64,000 bases of DNA from positions 9,674,001 to 9,738,000 of the forward strand of contig CM075992.1 of NCBI GenBank assembly GCA_038087875.1, written 5' to 3'. Under the pieces are notes generated by a model. It saw only the letters and a list, made by a program, of their open reading frames with translations, made no database searches and was not told the origin of the DNA. The DNA is from Malacoraja senta. Its lineage: Eukaryota. The position numbers and the translations under genes were made by a program. Positions 1-11,133 of this stretch are shown here, one piece after another (the stretch's first letter is position 1; every line of letters begins with the position of its first letter).

Positions 1-3000
1 TGTCCGTCAGTTTTCACTGAGTAGTTCTTAATTCCCATGAACTTCAACTCTTCTTTCAACATCTCATCAGATTCCTTGCTGGTACTTTCATTGAAGTCAT
101 GATTGTATTGCTTCATCACCGGCCTTTCTAATACATCAGTAGATATTTGATTAACAGCAATGGCAGGACAGTTCTTCTGATTTCCGATTTCGTGGTTCCT
201 TTTCAAGGAGCCACAGATAACACGTCCAAGTCGGGTTTTCGTAGCATACGGTCCATCGCCTTGGCTCCTAACAATCTGTATAGGTTCCAACGCCTTCAAA
301 ACATTCATTCCAATAAGTAGATCAACATTAGAATTTATTTCAGATATCATGACATCCTTCAGGTAAGGCCATTGCTTCAAGTCTTCATGTCTTGGTATAT
401 TTTGACGACCAACAGGCATAGTTCCATGCGTAAACACCAGACATTGGTATGAAATTATCTTCATCCAAACTGGATATCTCCATACTTGTAATACAATGAC
501 TCATGCTCTCTTTATCTTTAGTCATGGTACGTAATCTAAACTTAGTCTCTTCTCCTGTGATATTCAGCCTTCTTGTCAGGTTTTCTGTGCAAAAGGTAGT
601 CGAACTTCCATGATCCAGAAAAGCATATGTTTGCAACACTGTATTCGTCTTATTATTCCTTACCTGTACTGGTAAGATAGAAAAATTACAAGCTTCTACC
701 CTGGCCCCAATATGAGCAGTTACTTGAGACAAGGTGATAGCATTTCTAGTAGTTGGCTTCTCGCCCTGTTCTGTTTGCTCCGGTTCATCTTCTTCTATTT
801 GCTCTGGTATTTCATCATCCGTTTGTTCCAGTTCTTCTTCTTCCCAGTGCTCTGGTAGCTCTTCTTTAATGTGAAGTGCTTCAGGATGATATTGCTTGCA
901 CTCATAACAAATTATAGGACACTTACAGTCTCTCACCATATGCCCTTTTTTCAAACATCCAAAACAGATTCCCTTCTTTTTCAAGAAATCCATCTTATCT
1001 TCATATTCTTTCATCTTGAATCTTCAACACCATCTTATGGTGCGACCAACTTCATCACATAACAAACAAAATACTATTTGCTTGCTAGTAGACACATTAC
1101 TTTTTATTCCATCTGTCGTTTCCACAGGTATGGTTGTGATAGCCAAATTACTTCTCTCAGATATTTCTTCAGTTTTGGAAAAGGTAGAACCTTTGTTAGT
1201 TGCAATCGGTTTGTAATCTTCAATAGTCCAGTGTGGTTCTAACATGTTTTCTACTTCCCTGTCCCAAAATTTCTCCAGGTCTGGTAGTCTGGCTCCTTGC
1301 TTCTTTTCATCTCTAATTTTGCCTGTTTCTCCACTTTTCTCTCAGTCTTGTGGGCAACTTGTTCAAGATGATTCTAGTATTACTCGGAAGATTCATTTCT
1401 TCCATGCGGCCGAGATTTATCATCGAGCTGCAACAATTTCTCATAAATATTGCATAATCGCTCAATGCTTTCCCATCTTCCGGCTTGATTCCTTTCCAAG
1501 CATGGGCCTTCTCCATGTGTGCGTTAGCAATCCTGTGTTCTTCACCAAAATGTTCTTTAAGTAATCTTCTCGCCTTTTTATAGCCATGGCTGCCTGGCTC
1601 TTTCTGACAACTTTCCACAAGCTCTTTCACACTTCCACTTGTTTACTTCACCAGAAATCGTAAGCGCTCTTTTTCATCCATAACTTTCGTTTCTAATATT
1701 TCTTCTAATGCTTTTACGAAAGCTTCATACTGCAAAGGACCTCCACCATACGTAGGAATTTCTGCCGGTGGCAGAATGAGAGGTATTTTGTCGAGCTATA
1801 AATTCAGTTTGATTTTTCACCAATGCCAATAACCCATCCTGGTATCCTTGGCTTGGATCTACTGGTTGATAAACAGGCCTTTGTGATTCAAACTGAATTG
1901 CTCGAGCCTGTGCACCAGGCCTCGAAAAAGCGTGGTCCGCTATTGGTTTGTCTCGAGCATCCACAGACGCTCCAAGTGTAATTTGTTTCAATCTAGCACT
2001 CATTTGCTAAGATGAAGTTTCACCCATCTTCCTTGTTCAAATAGGTTTTCAAAGCCTAGAAATCCAGTGGGCCTAGATTGTGGAATTGATCCAACTGCTG
2101 ATTCACTTCGAGCAATTTTTCTTCTTGGTCTAGAGCTCATCGTCCTTGACGATCTAGAGCTGCATCTTGACCCCTCACTTTCCAGTATCTCCTTCTTTGC
2201 TTTGGCCACCGCCATCATTGTGTCTAATTCCAGTTGTTCCTTACATCGCCTCATCTCATCTTGCTGTCGCGTCATCTCTTCTTGTCTATGTCGTCTCATG
2301 GCTTCTTGATCCCGCTCGATCTCATGTTTTTTCTCCATGGCATCAGCTTCTATTGAGAGTGCAGCTAGCTCAGCTTTAGCTCCCATTTGAGCAGAAGCCC
2401 TCGAAACCGAACTGGCTGAAGAACCAGATTTATGTCTTGATCCTCGTGAAGATATATTGGAGATATTATCTCGTTGTCTAATTTCATCTTCCATTCTGGC
2501 TCCTTGTTGCTTCGCACTTCCAGCTACTAAGTTCGTAACGTGACATAATTTCAGATAACCACTTCTCTGCCTTTTTCATGAAACCATTGAATATCTTCTT
2601 CTTGTCTTCAACCCACTGGGTATGCCTTCTGCGTTCTTCCCAAGACAGCACTGAACACACTAGTACATCTTGTTTCTTGCCAACCTCCTGGTAGAGGTTC
2701 CATAGTTGGCTTATATTAGATTTCACCTTGATCACGTTCTGTTCTGATTCCATTAGTTTCTTCTGTGTATCAATTAATCTGTTAACCTGTAACCGTAATT
2801 CGTTTCTCTCTCTCTCAGTTTCTCTCAAGCAGGCAGTTAGTGTATTATATGTTTCTTCTCGATACACGAGTTCTCTGTAGCTATCAATGGATTTGTTAAC
2901 TTCTTCCCATATTGAGCTCCTTTCTTTGGGTTTCTTTGTTGTCTGGGTCTTTCTTCACCACCACGTGGTTCATCTGGCACAGCTCTTTCTTCCATGATTT

Positions 3001-4098
3001 TAAAGAGGTCTTGGCAGATTGCCAAGTCTTTAAATTGATCAAACAAAAGTCTCTGCGAGTAGCTTTGGCTTTGTTTTGTCAACATTTCCTTCAAAACCAT
3101 AACATATTGATAATGTAGAGAACATCTCAAACCCCAGGTGCATAAAGATGATGCTAATTCAAATGGAGTGCGCTTATCAAGAGATTCAAAACATTCCAAG
3201 ATCGGTCTGCTTTCCCCAGACAAGCTGGAGAAAAACACCTTCTGGTAGCTCTGTTACAGAAGTCTTTTAAAACTAAAGCTTGCTGTACAAATTCAAAGAA
3301 ATACAATCGATTTGTAATCACAAATCCTGCGATATGTCTTCAGATAAGTCTCGATGCTGTCGATAGACCTCAAGGCCTCCTCTGGACGAGATCTATTATC
3401 TTCAGTTCCTCCTGGAACCACTTTCTTCTGGCTAAAACATCTCCGAGAATCTTAGCCAATCTTCTGTCCCAATCTCTGGGACTTGTATCACTCCTGTGAC
3501 GGAGGTCTCCTTCGATCGAATGTTCTGTCCCTCTCTCTGGGACTGGTATTTAACCTCCCTGCTGGAGGTTCCCTTCGACTTAATGTAGCGGCAGAGTTTC
3601 ATATCTTTCAGGAAATTAGCACCCTAGCTGCTAAATGGATGAGCATGGTTGAAGGGGGTGTCTTCGAAACGCATGCGAGCTCACTCACAGAGACCTTCAG
3701 AGCTTCTTCACAGATAAGTCTTTGAAAACACAGTCTTTAGATGAATAAACGCTTTATTGTTGATAGAAAACGGTAAGATACATCCAAATTTCTTCCGACG
3801 TTACTGCAATCTTCATCGAACTCCAGCTTATTACTTTAAACATTATAAAACTCCTCGTGTCTCCGTTACACATGAATGATCTCCTTTAGATCTGGCATGG
3901 ACCCTGCATGGTCGAAGGGTTAACCTTCCCCATCGTCTCTCCAAACTAATCTAAAAACTAAACTTCTGCGCAAGCATCTAAGCTTCAAACACGCCCAAAA
4001 ACACGTCATAAATCCCACCTTCAATATAACGGGCAGTCTAAAATTTAAAGGCGCATGCCATCATCAATGACGTGCAAAACAGGCTAAATGGCCACTAC
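1..4098 (-). mobile_element. BEL/Pao LTR retrotransposon, 5' part (LTR/UTR, gag, protease), frameshifted; continues past window start
   Basis: Minus-strand ORF pieces 2484-2867, 2000-2494, 1313-1630 and 385-1014 give a coiled-coil gag, the BEL-type gag core (GYKKARRLLKEHFG), double zinc knuckles CFGCLKKGHMVRDC/CYECKQYHPEALH and an aspartic protease (TYAFLDHGSSTTFC). 1-385 continues with the BEL-typical DLLIG...GPYATKTRLG. The 5' boundary is placed where a (CTATTGT)n CR1-type tail starts (~4099). Confidence 0.9.
385..1014 (-). pseudogene. BEL/Pao gag zinc-knuckle + aspartic protease fragment
   Basis: CCHC knuckles and LDHGS protease motif; reading frame broken on both sides. Confidence 0.85.
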
Positions 4099-4189
4099 GT
4101 TGTCTATTGTCTATTGTCTATTGTTATCTCTGGAGAAAAGGAATAGGTGACGTTTCGGGTCAAGACCAAACGCCACCTATTCCTTTTCA

Positions 4190-4491
4190 GGTCACGGTGC
4201 CGCAGTGGTAGAGTTGCTGCCTTGCAATGCTTACAGCACCAGTGACCCGGGTTCGATCCTGACTACGGGTGCTGTTTGTACAGGGTTTGTATGTTCTCCC
4301 CGTGACCGCGTGGGTTTTCTTTGGTTTCCTCCAACACTCCAAAGACATACAGGTTTGTAGGTTAATTGGCTTGGTGTATGTGTGAATTGCCCCGAGAGTG
4401 TGTAGGATACTGTTGGTGTGCGGACATCGCTGGTCAGTGCGGGCCAAAGGGCCTGTTTCCGCGCTGTATCTCTGAACTAAACTAAACTAAA
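4190..4491 (+). mobile_element. HE1 (V-SINE superfamily) tRNA-derived SINE
   Basis: tRNA-like head with B box GGTTCGATCC, V-domain GTTCTCCCCGTG...GGTTTCCTCC, CR1-like 3' end GGGCC(G)AAGGGCCTGTTTCC, (AAACT)n tail. Confidence 0.9.
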
Positions 4492-4824
4492 GGTCAGTCT
4501 GAAGAAGGGGCTCGACTCAAAACATCACCTAAACCTTTTCTGCAGAGATGCTGCCTGACCCACTGAGTTACTCCAGCATTTTGTGTCTATCCCCTTTTCC
4601 TTTTGTTTGTTATGTTATCTATGAGTACTGTGTTTAGAAACCTTGAGTGCTGCTGTAAGTAAGAATTTAATTGTTCTGTTTTGCTACATATGACAATTAA
4701 ACGCTCTTGACTCTTAATTCACAATCTTGTACATCTTCATAACATCACCTCTGCCTCCTATGTTCCAAAGTTTGAAGTCCAGGCCTATCTAACCTCTCCC
4801 TATAACTCAAGCCTGCAAGCCTAA

Positions 4825-5142
4825 AACCCCTGTCCCACGGTACGAGTTCATTCCAAGAGCTCTCCCGAGTTTGACCTGATTCGAACTCGGAGATTTACGG
4901 TAATGGCCACTCGTCGGTACTCAGAGATCTCGTGGACATTTTTCATCGTTGAAAAATCTTCACGAGTCTTCCCATGCTTACCTGCCGTTAGCGAGTCTTC
5001 CCGAGTACCTGCCGTTGGTGCTAAGAGACGTTCCCGAGCTCCGACGTACCCGCTACGTACATTCTCCGTGCTTACCACGAGTTTGATTTTTTTTAAACTC
5101 GGGAGAGCTCATGGAATGAACTCGTACCGTGGGACAGGGCTA
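4825..5142. mobile_element. PIF/Harbinger-type MITE
   Basis: ~45-bp terminal inverted repeats (CCCTGTCCCACGGTACGAGTTCATTCC...) with TAA duplicated at 4822-4824 and 5143-5145; no coding capacity. Confidence 0.85.
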
Positions 5143-5535
5143 TAACTGGTGAATGTCAGGCACCCTTTCCAGCTTAGTGACATCATTCCTTCAGACACAA
5201 GGACGGAGCCGGCGGGCTGCAGTTAATGAAGACCCTCCAGGCCACCCTCTGCCACGTATAACGGGAGGCCTAGTCTGCTGTTCCGAAGAAGGACCTGGTG
5301 GGCCGAGCCTGTAGGGGGAAGCTCGGAAGCCGCCGAGCTCGGCCCCGAAGACCAGAGAACTGATGACGTGGGAGTCGCTAACAACGACAGATGCGAGGAG
5401 GGGTCTGGTAGGAGAGGGACCGGGTTAATGCCTTCAGCGCCTCCAAGATCATGTGATAGGAGCAGTATTGAGCCATTTGGCCCAGCTAGTCTGTTACACC
5501 ATTCAATCATGGCTGATCTATCTCTCAGCCCCATT

Positions 5536-6095
5536 CTACCTTAGAAGGCTTCAGAAGTTCGGCATGTCCCCAACAACTCTCACCAACTTCTACAGATGCA
5601 CCGTAGAAAGCATTTTATCGGGATGCATCACAGCTTGGTTTGGGAACGGCTCCACCCAAGACCGCAAGGAATTGCAGCGAATTGTGGACGCAGCCCAGAC
5701 CATCACACAAACCAACCTCCCTTCCATTGACCAGCAGCATAATCAAGGACCAGTCCCTCTTCTCCCCTCTCCCATCTGGCAAGAGGTACAGAAGTGTAAA
5801 AACGCACACCTCCAGATTCAGGGACAGTTTCTTCCCAGCTGTTATCAGGAACTGAATCATCCTACCACAACCAGGGAGCAGTGCTGAACTACTATCTATC
5901 TCTTTGGAGACCCTCGGACTATCCTTGATCGGACTTTGCTAGCTTTTTAGTACCTTGCACTAAAATGTATTCCTTTATCATGTATCTATCCACTGCAAAT
6001 GGATCGATTGTAATCATGTATTGTCTTTCCGTTGACTGGTTAGCATGCAACAAAAGCTTTACACTGTACCTTGTTACACGTGACAATAAACTAAA
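5536..6095 (+). mobile_element. Rex1/Babar LINE 3' fragment
   Basis: LRRLQKFGMSPTTLTNFYRCTVESILSGCITAWFGN and LPSGKRYRS motifs; 3' UTR ending GTGACAATAAACTAAAC. Confidence 0.85.
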
Positions 6096-6554
6096 CAGAA
6101 CTGCCCTCTCCCCATAACCCCAGATGTCCGTCAGCTGCAGGAGGTGCCACCGGGGCACAGAGGTGGTCTGGCAGGCGAGGAGAGGGACGGGGTTGGGGGG
6201 CCGAGCATGACGGAGCAGGCCCTTTAGCTGGGCGACTGAATTACGCACAGTGCTCCTGGTGAGGTCTTGTACAGTTACACCATGATTTCAGAACTTTTGA
6301 ACTCAGTATTCTTCTCGATGAACCCAAGCGTGCTACACTCCCTTCTCCAGCCCACGGTTCACCTGACTCCCCAACTGACCACAACACATCCATGTCCACA
6401 CACTTCTAGGCCACAGTTATGGACTGAAAGCTTCAACATTAATTGCAGCTCGAAATTGAAATGTTGTGCAAGAGAAAGGTGTGAAAGGGCATCAGGGCAG
6501 TTGGAGTTGGGACGAGAGAGAGGGTGAGACAGTGATAGTGCTTCTGCTACAACA

Positions 6555-6990
6555 GGGCGGCACGGTGGCGCAGCGGTAGAGTTGCTGCCTCACAGCGGCA
6601 CAGACCAGGGTTTGATCCTGACTACGGGTGCTGTCTGTACCTTCTCCCCGTGACCGTGTGCTTTTTCTCCGGGTGCTCCGGTTCCCTCCCACACTCCAAA
6701 GACGTACAGGTTTGTATGTTAATTGGCTTCGGTAAAGATTTTAATTCGTCCGTGGTGTGTATTCCTGAACTAGTCGCTGGCTAGGCATATGTTTGCTATT
6801 GATAATGTTTAAATAAAGTGTCGCCCAATGTAGGGCTCGAACCCTCGTCCCTGAGATTAAGAGTCTCATGCTCTACCGACTGAGCTGGCCAGGCATGTAG
6901 GATATTGCTAGTGTACGGGGATCGCTGGTCAGCACAGACTCAGTGGGCTGAAGGGCCTGTTTCTGCGTTGTGTCTCTAAAAACTAAAACT
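6555..6990 (+). mobile_element. HE1 SINE interrupted by a tRNA-Lys-containing insertion
   Basis: SINE consensus breaks at ~6761 and resumes at ~6896 (TGTAGGATA). Confidence 0.85.
6822..6894 (-). tRNA. tRNA-Lys(CTT), probably a pseudogene
   Basis: 73 nt, GCCTGGCCAGCTCAGTCGGTAGAGCATGAGACTCTTAATCTCAGGGACGAGGGTTCGAGCCCTACATTGGGCG. About 6 differences from the canonical vertebrate Lys-CTT (recalled), including invariant U8->C and T-stem mismatches. Confidence 0.85.
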
Positions 6991-7169
6991 TATGGACCCT
7001 AACCTGAAAAATCACCTATCCATGTTCTCCAGAGATGCTGCCTGACCTACTGATACAGTATACTCCTGTACTTTGTGTCTCATTTAATATTGTGTACAGG
7101 TCTTACATATTGTTTAGACTGAGTGCCCTGTGATCACCTTATTGACATGCCTTGCTTCTTTTGAAACAT

Positions 7170-7468
7170 GTTAAGAGATACAGTGCGGAAGCAGGTCCTT
7201 CAGCCCACCAAGTCTGCCGGCCATGCGATCGCCAGAGACTAACAATATCCTACACATACTAGGGACAATTTATAATTTTACCAAGCCAATTAACCTACAA
7301 ACCTGTATATCTTTGGAGTGTGGGAGGAAGCCAAGCTCCTGGAGAAAACCCACGCAGGACACGGGGAGAACGTACAAACTCCATACAGACAGCAGCCGTA
7401 GTCAGGATCAAATCCCAGGTCTCTGGCGCTGTGAGGCAGCAGCTCTACCCGCTGCGCCACCGTGCCAC
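7170..7468 (-). mobile_element. HE1 SINE
   Basis: Reverse-complement match to the SINE head, V-domain and tail. Confidence 0.85.
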
Positions 7469-7807
7469 CCACCGTTCAGCCGCCACATGTTAACCAGCTT
7501 TGTTGCAGTGTCAACCGCCTGCCGCACTCTGACCACGCTGGCTCTTTCTCCCATCGCTAAGCTGCCTCAGACAGAGCAGGCAACATGTGTGGGAAGGTGG
7601 TGAATCTGTGGAATTCTTTGCCACAGAAGGCTGTGGAGGCCCTCTGGATCAATGGATATTTTTAAGGCTGAGATAGATTTATTCTTGCTTAGTACAGGTG
7701 TCGAGAGTTATGGGGAGAAGGCAGGAGAATGGCAGAGTAGACTTGATGGGCCGAATGGCCTAATTCTGCTCCTTTCACCTATGGCCTTATGAACTAAGAA
7801 ACTGCAG

Positions 7808-8370
7808 TTTCGCTGAACACCTCCGCTCAGTCCGCCTAAACCTACCTGATCTGCCGGTTGCCAAACACTTTAGCTCCCCCTCCCATTCCCACACTGACCT
7901 TTCTGTCATGCGCCTCCTCCACTGTCAGAGTGAGGCCCACCGCCTCATATTTCGCTTGGGCAGCTTACACCCCATTGGTATGAACATTGACTTCTCTAAC
8001 TTCCAAGTGACCCTTGCATCCCCTCTCTCTCTCTCCGTTCCACCCCTATCCTAGTTCTCTGACAAGTTCTACTGTTCTGATTAAACATTACTGATTATAT
8101 GCCTCATTGTCACCTTATACATCTCGACCCGAAACGTCACCTTTCCTTCGCTCCATAGATGCTGCCTCACCCGCTGAGTTGCTCCAGCATTTTTGTCTGC
8201 ACTCTACATTTCTTAATCATCATCTGCTTTGATCGTCCTTTGCACTCCTTATCCTTCCATATCTCTATGTCGCCCTCTCCCCTGACTCTCAGTTTGAAGA
8301 AGGGTCTTGACCCAAAACGTCACCCATTCCTTCTCTCCAGAGATGCTGCCTGAGTTACTCCAGCATCTTA
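7808..8370 (+). mobile_element. Penelope-like element 3' end (GIY-YIG C-terminus + terminal repeats)
   Basis: FAEHLRSVRLNLPDLPVAKHF...HSHTDLSV, followed by two degenerate hammerhead-bearing repeats (~8122, ~8292). Confidence 0.8.
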
Positions 8371-9099
8371 TGTGTATCTTCAGACAGAGCAGGGACAGAT
8401 CCCAGAATCCTGTCAAATGCTGGCAGTTGTTTCCGGTTCACGGTGGTCTGAAGATGTGTTGCGGGAGAATTTAATTCAGTTAGTGAGAAGGAGCGTGATT
8501 ATTGTCCAGCATGTGGCATCCATGTGTGTGGGAGGATGTTTTGGTGGGGGGTGGTATCGGTGGGTGGAGCGATCAGAACATCGGCTGCGAACATCAAAAA
8601 TCACCTCCTCACTTGAGTCTCTGAGAAACCTCGGTCACACTGAGTCCCGGCTCCACTAACCACCTGCAAATTAGAAGCAGAACAAGCATTCAGTTTAGAG
8701 ATGCAGCGCGGAAACAGGCCCTTCGGCCCACCGAGTCCGCTCTGACCAGCGATCCCCGTACAGACAGCAACCGTAGTCAGCATTGAACCCAGGTCTCTGG
8801 CGCTGTGAAGCAGCAACTCTACCCTGTGCCACTGTGCTGCCCCGACCTATTGTATCTAACAAATGATATCCTTCAATACATTGATCAAAGGTTAATGACA
8901 ACAGATAGGAACGGTTTAGACAGATATGGACCAAACAAAGGTGAGAGGGACTGGTTTAGATAGGATATCTTGGTTGTCATGGACAAGGTGGGCCGAATGG
9001 CCTGTTTCTGTGCTGTGGGACTCTCTGACTCTAGAATAGGCTGTTTCTGGTCATGTGTACTGTTGGTGCGCACACGTATGTCCACGTGTGCAGTAACAT

Positions 9100-9420
9100 G
9101 TGTGTTTACTGTACGTATGCACGATCGTGTGTGTCAGTGTATGTGTTGGTACGACTTGTTCCCCCGTGTCCAAGTGTATCCGTGTGCCTGTACGTGTGTC
9201 AGTATGTGTGTGCATACTTGCATGTGTACGTGTGTGTGTGTACTTGCATGTGTGTGTGTGTGTATGCATTCGTATGTGCATTTGTGTGTATGTCTGTGTG
9301 TGTGTGTATGCATGTGTGTGAGTGTATATGTGTGCATGTGTGTGTGTGTGTGCATATGTGCATGTGTCTGTGTGCGTGCATGTGTGCACACGTGTGTGTA
9401 CATGTGCATGTGTATGTGTT
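9100..9420. repeat. Degenerate (TG)n low-complexity tract
   Basis: TG/TATG/TGCA-rich sequence seen directly. Confidence 0.9.
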
Positions 9421-9711
9421 TAGTTTAGTTTAGTTTATTGTCATGCATACCGAGGTACAGTGAAAAGCTTTTCTTGCTATTCAGTCAGCGGATAGACAAT
9501 ACATGATTACAATTGATCCATTTACAGTGTGTGGATACATGATAAGGGAATAACGTTCAGTGCAAGGTAATGCCAGCAAAGTCTGATCAAGGATAGTCTG
9601 AGGGTCATCAAAGAGGTATGCATTGTGTGTGTGAGTATGTGGTCGGTTTGTGTGGTGGTCTTTGCTACGTCCACAACTCTGCAACTTCTTGCTGTTTTGG
9701 ATGGAGCTGTT

Positions 9712-10265
9712 TGTGTGTGTGTGTGTGTGTATATCCGTGTGAATGTGTGTGTGTGTGTGTGTGTGTATCCGTGTGAATGTGTGTGTGTGTGTGTGTTTGT
9801 ATATCCGTGTGAATTTGTGTGTGTGTGTGTGTATATCCGTGTGAATGTGTGTGTGTGTGTATATCCGTGTGAATGTGTGTGTGTATGTGTGTGTGTGTGT
9901 GTGTATATCCGTGTGAATGTGTGTGAGTGTGTGTGTTTGTATATCCGTGTGAATGTGTGTGTGTGTGTGTATATCCGTGTGAATGTGTGCGTGTGTGTGT
10001 GTATATCCGTGTGAATGTGTGTGTGTGTGTGTATATCCGCGTGAATGTGTGTGTGTATGTGTGTGGGTGTGTGTGTATATCCGTGTGAATGTGTGTGAGT
10101 GTGTGTGTGTGTATATCCGTGTGAATGTGTGTGTGTGTGTATATCCGTGTGAATGTGTGTGTGTGTGTGAGTGTGTGTATATCCGTGTGAATGTGTGTGT
10201 GTATCCGTGTGAATGTGTGTCTGTGTGTGTGTCTGTGTGTGTGTGCGTGTGTGTGAGTGTGTGCA
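9712..10265. repeat. Compound minisatellite: (GT)n + ATATCCGTGTGAAT, ~15 units
   Basis: Fixed ATCCGTGTGAA core recurring every ~22-44 bp, separated by variable (GT)n. Confidence 0.95.
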
Positions 10266-10414
10266 CTCTGTTTCTCTGCTTGTGTGTTTCTGTGCCTTTG
10301 CATCCATGAATATGTGCACGTGTGTGTGTGTCCGCCTCATGGACTCTGTCTGCTTGAGTCTCAGTTTGTTCAGACAAACATAATTCAGCACATCCTCTCA
10401 GAATGCTCTCCTTT

Positions 10415-10690
10415 GGGCGGCACGGTGGCGCAGCGGTAGAGTTGCTGCCTCACAGCGCCAGAGACCCGGGTTCCATCCCGACTACGGGTGCTGTCTGTAC
10501 GGAGTTTGTACGTTCTCCCTGTGACCGCGTGGGTTTTCTCCAAGATCTTTGGTTTCCTCCCACACTCGACTTGGTAAAAATGTAAATTGTCCCTAGTGTG
10601 TGTAGGATGGTGTTAGTGTGCGGGGATCGCTGGTCGATGCGGACTTGGTGGGCTAAAGGGCCTGTTTCCATGCTGTATCTCTAAACTAAA
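10415..10690 (+). mobile_element. HE1 SINE
   Basis: GGGCGGCACGGTGGCGCAGCGG head to CTAAACTAAA tail. Confidence 0.9.
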
Positions 10691-11105
10691 GATTGCGATG
10701 GTTTCAGCTGCAGTGAACGATTGCTCATCCATTAAGTGCTTCATGCAAATTCTGACCGAGCAAAGAGAGAACTCGTGCACTTGGTGGGCCGAAGGGCCTG
10801 TTTCAGAGTTGTATCTGAACTAAACTAAACTACACTAAACTAAATTAAAAAAGCATGAATGGCTCCATTAAAGTAAAGGCCTTGGTCACCCCAACACACA
10901 GCACACCGCTTGGTGTGATCTTATCACGGAGGAGGAAGTGTGTTTCAGTAGGAAGGAACTACAGTTGCTTGCTTAAACTGGATAGACACAAAATGCTGAA
11001 CTCAGCGAGACAGGCAGCATCTCTGGAGAGAAGAAATGGATGACGTCTGGACCCGGAATGTCACCCAAAAAATACAAGTCCATAGTAGTGCAGGAAGTCC
11101 ATAGT

Positions 11106-11133
11106 CTGAAGAAGGGCCTCGACCCGAAACGTC
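11106..11133 (+). ncRNA. Minimal type-I hammerhead ribozyme motif (Penelope terminal repeat)
   Basis: CTGAAGA-A-GGGCCTCGACCC-GAAAC-GTC with GT/AC flanks able to start helix I. Confidence 0.65.

Noticed and set aside
4190..4270. SINE heads as tRNA genes
   Set aside because: tRNA-derived A/B boxes continue into the V-SINE body with no complete cloverleaf.
9712..10215. CRISPR-like repeat/spacer appearance
   Set aside because: Spacers are just (GT)n, the context is eukaryotic and no cas genes are present.
8970..10391. Long His/Thr- or Val/Cys-rich ORFs (up to 298 aa)
   Set aside because: Translations of (CA)n/(TG)n repeats that lack stop codons in most frames.
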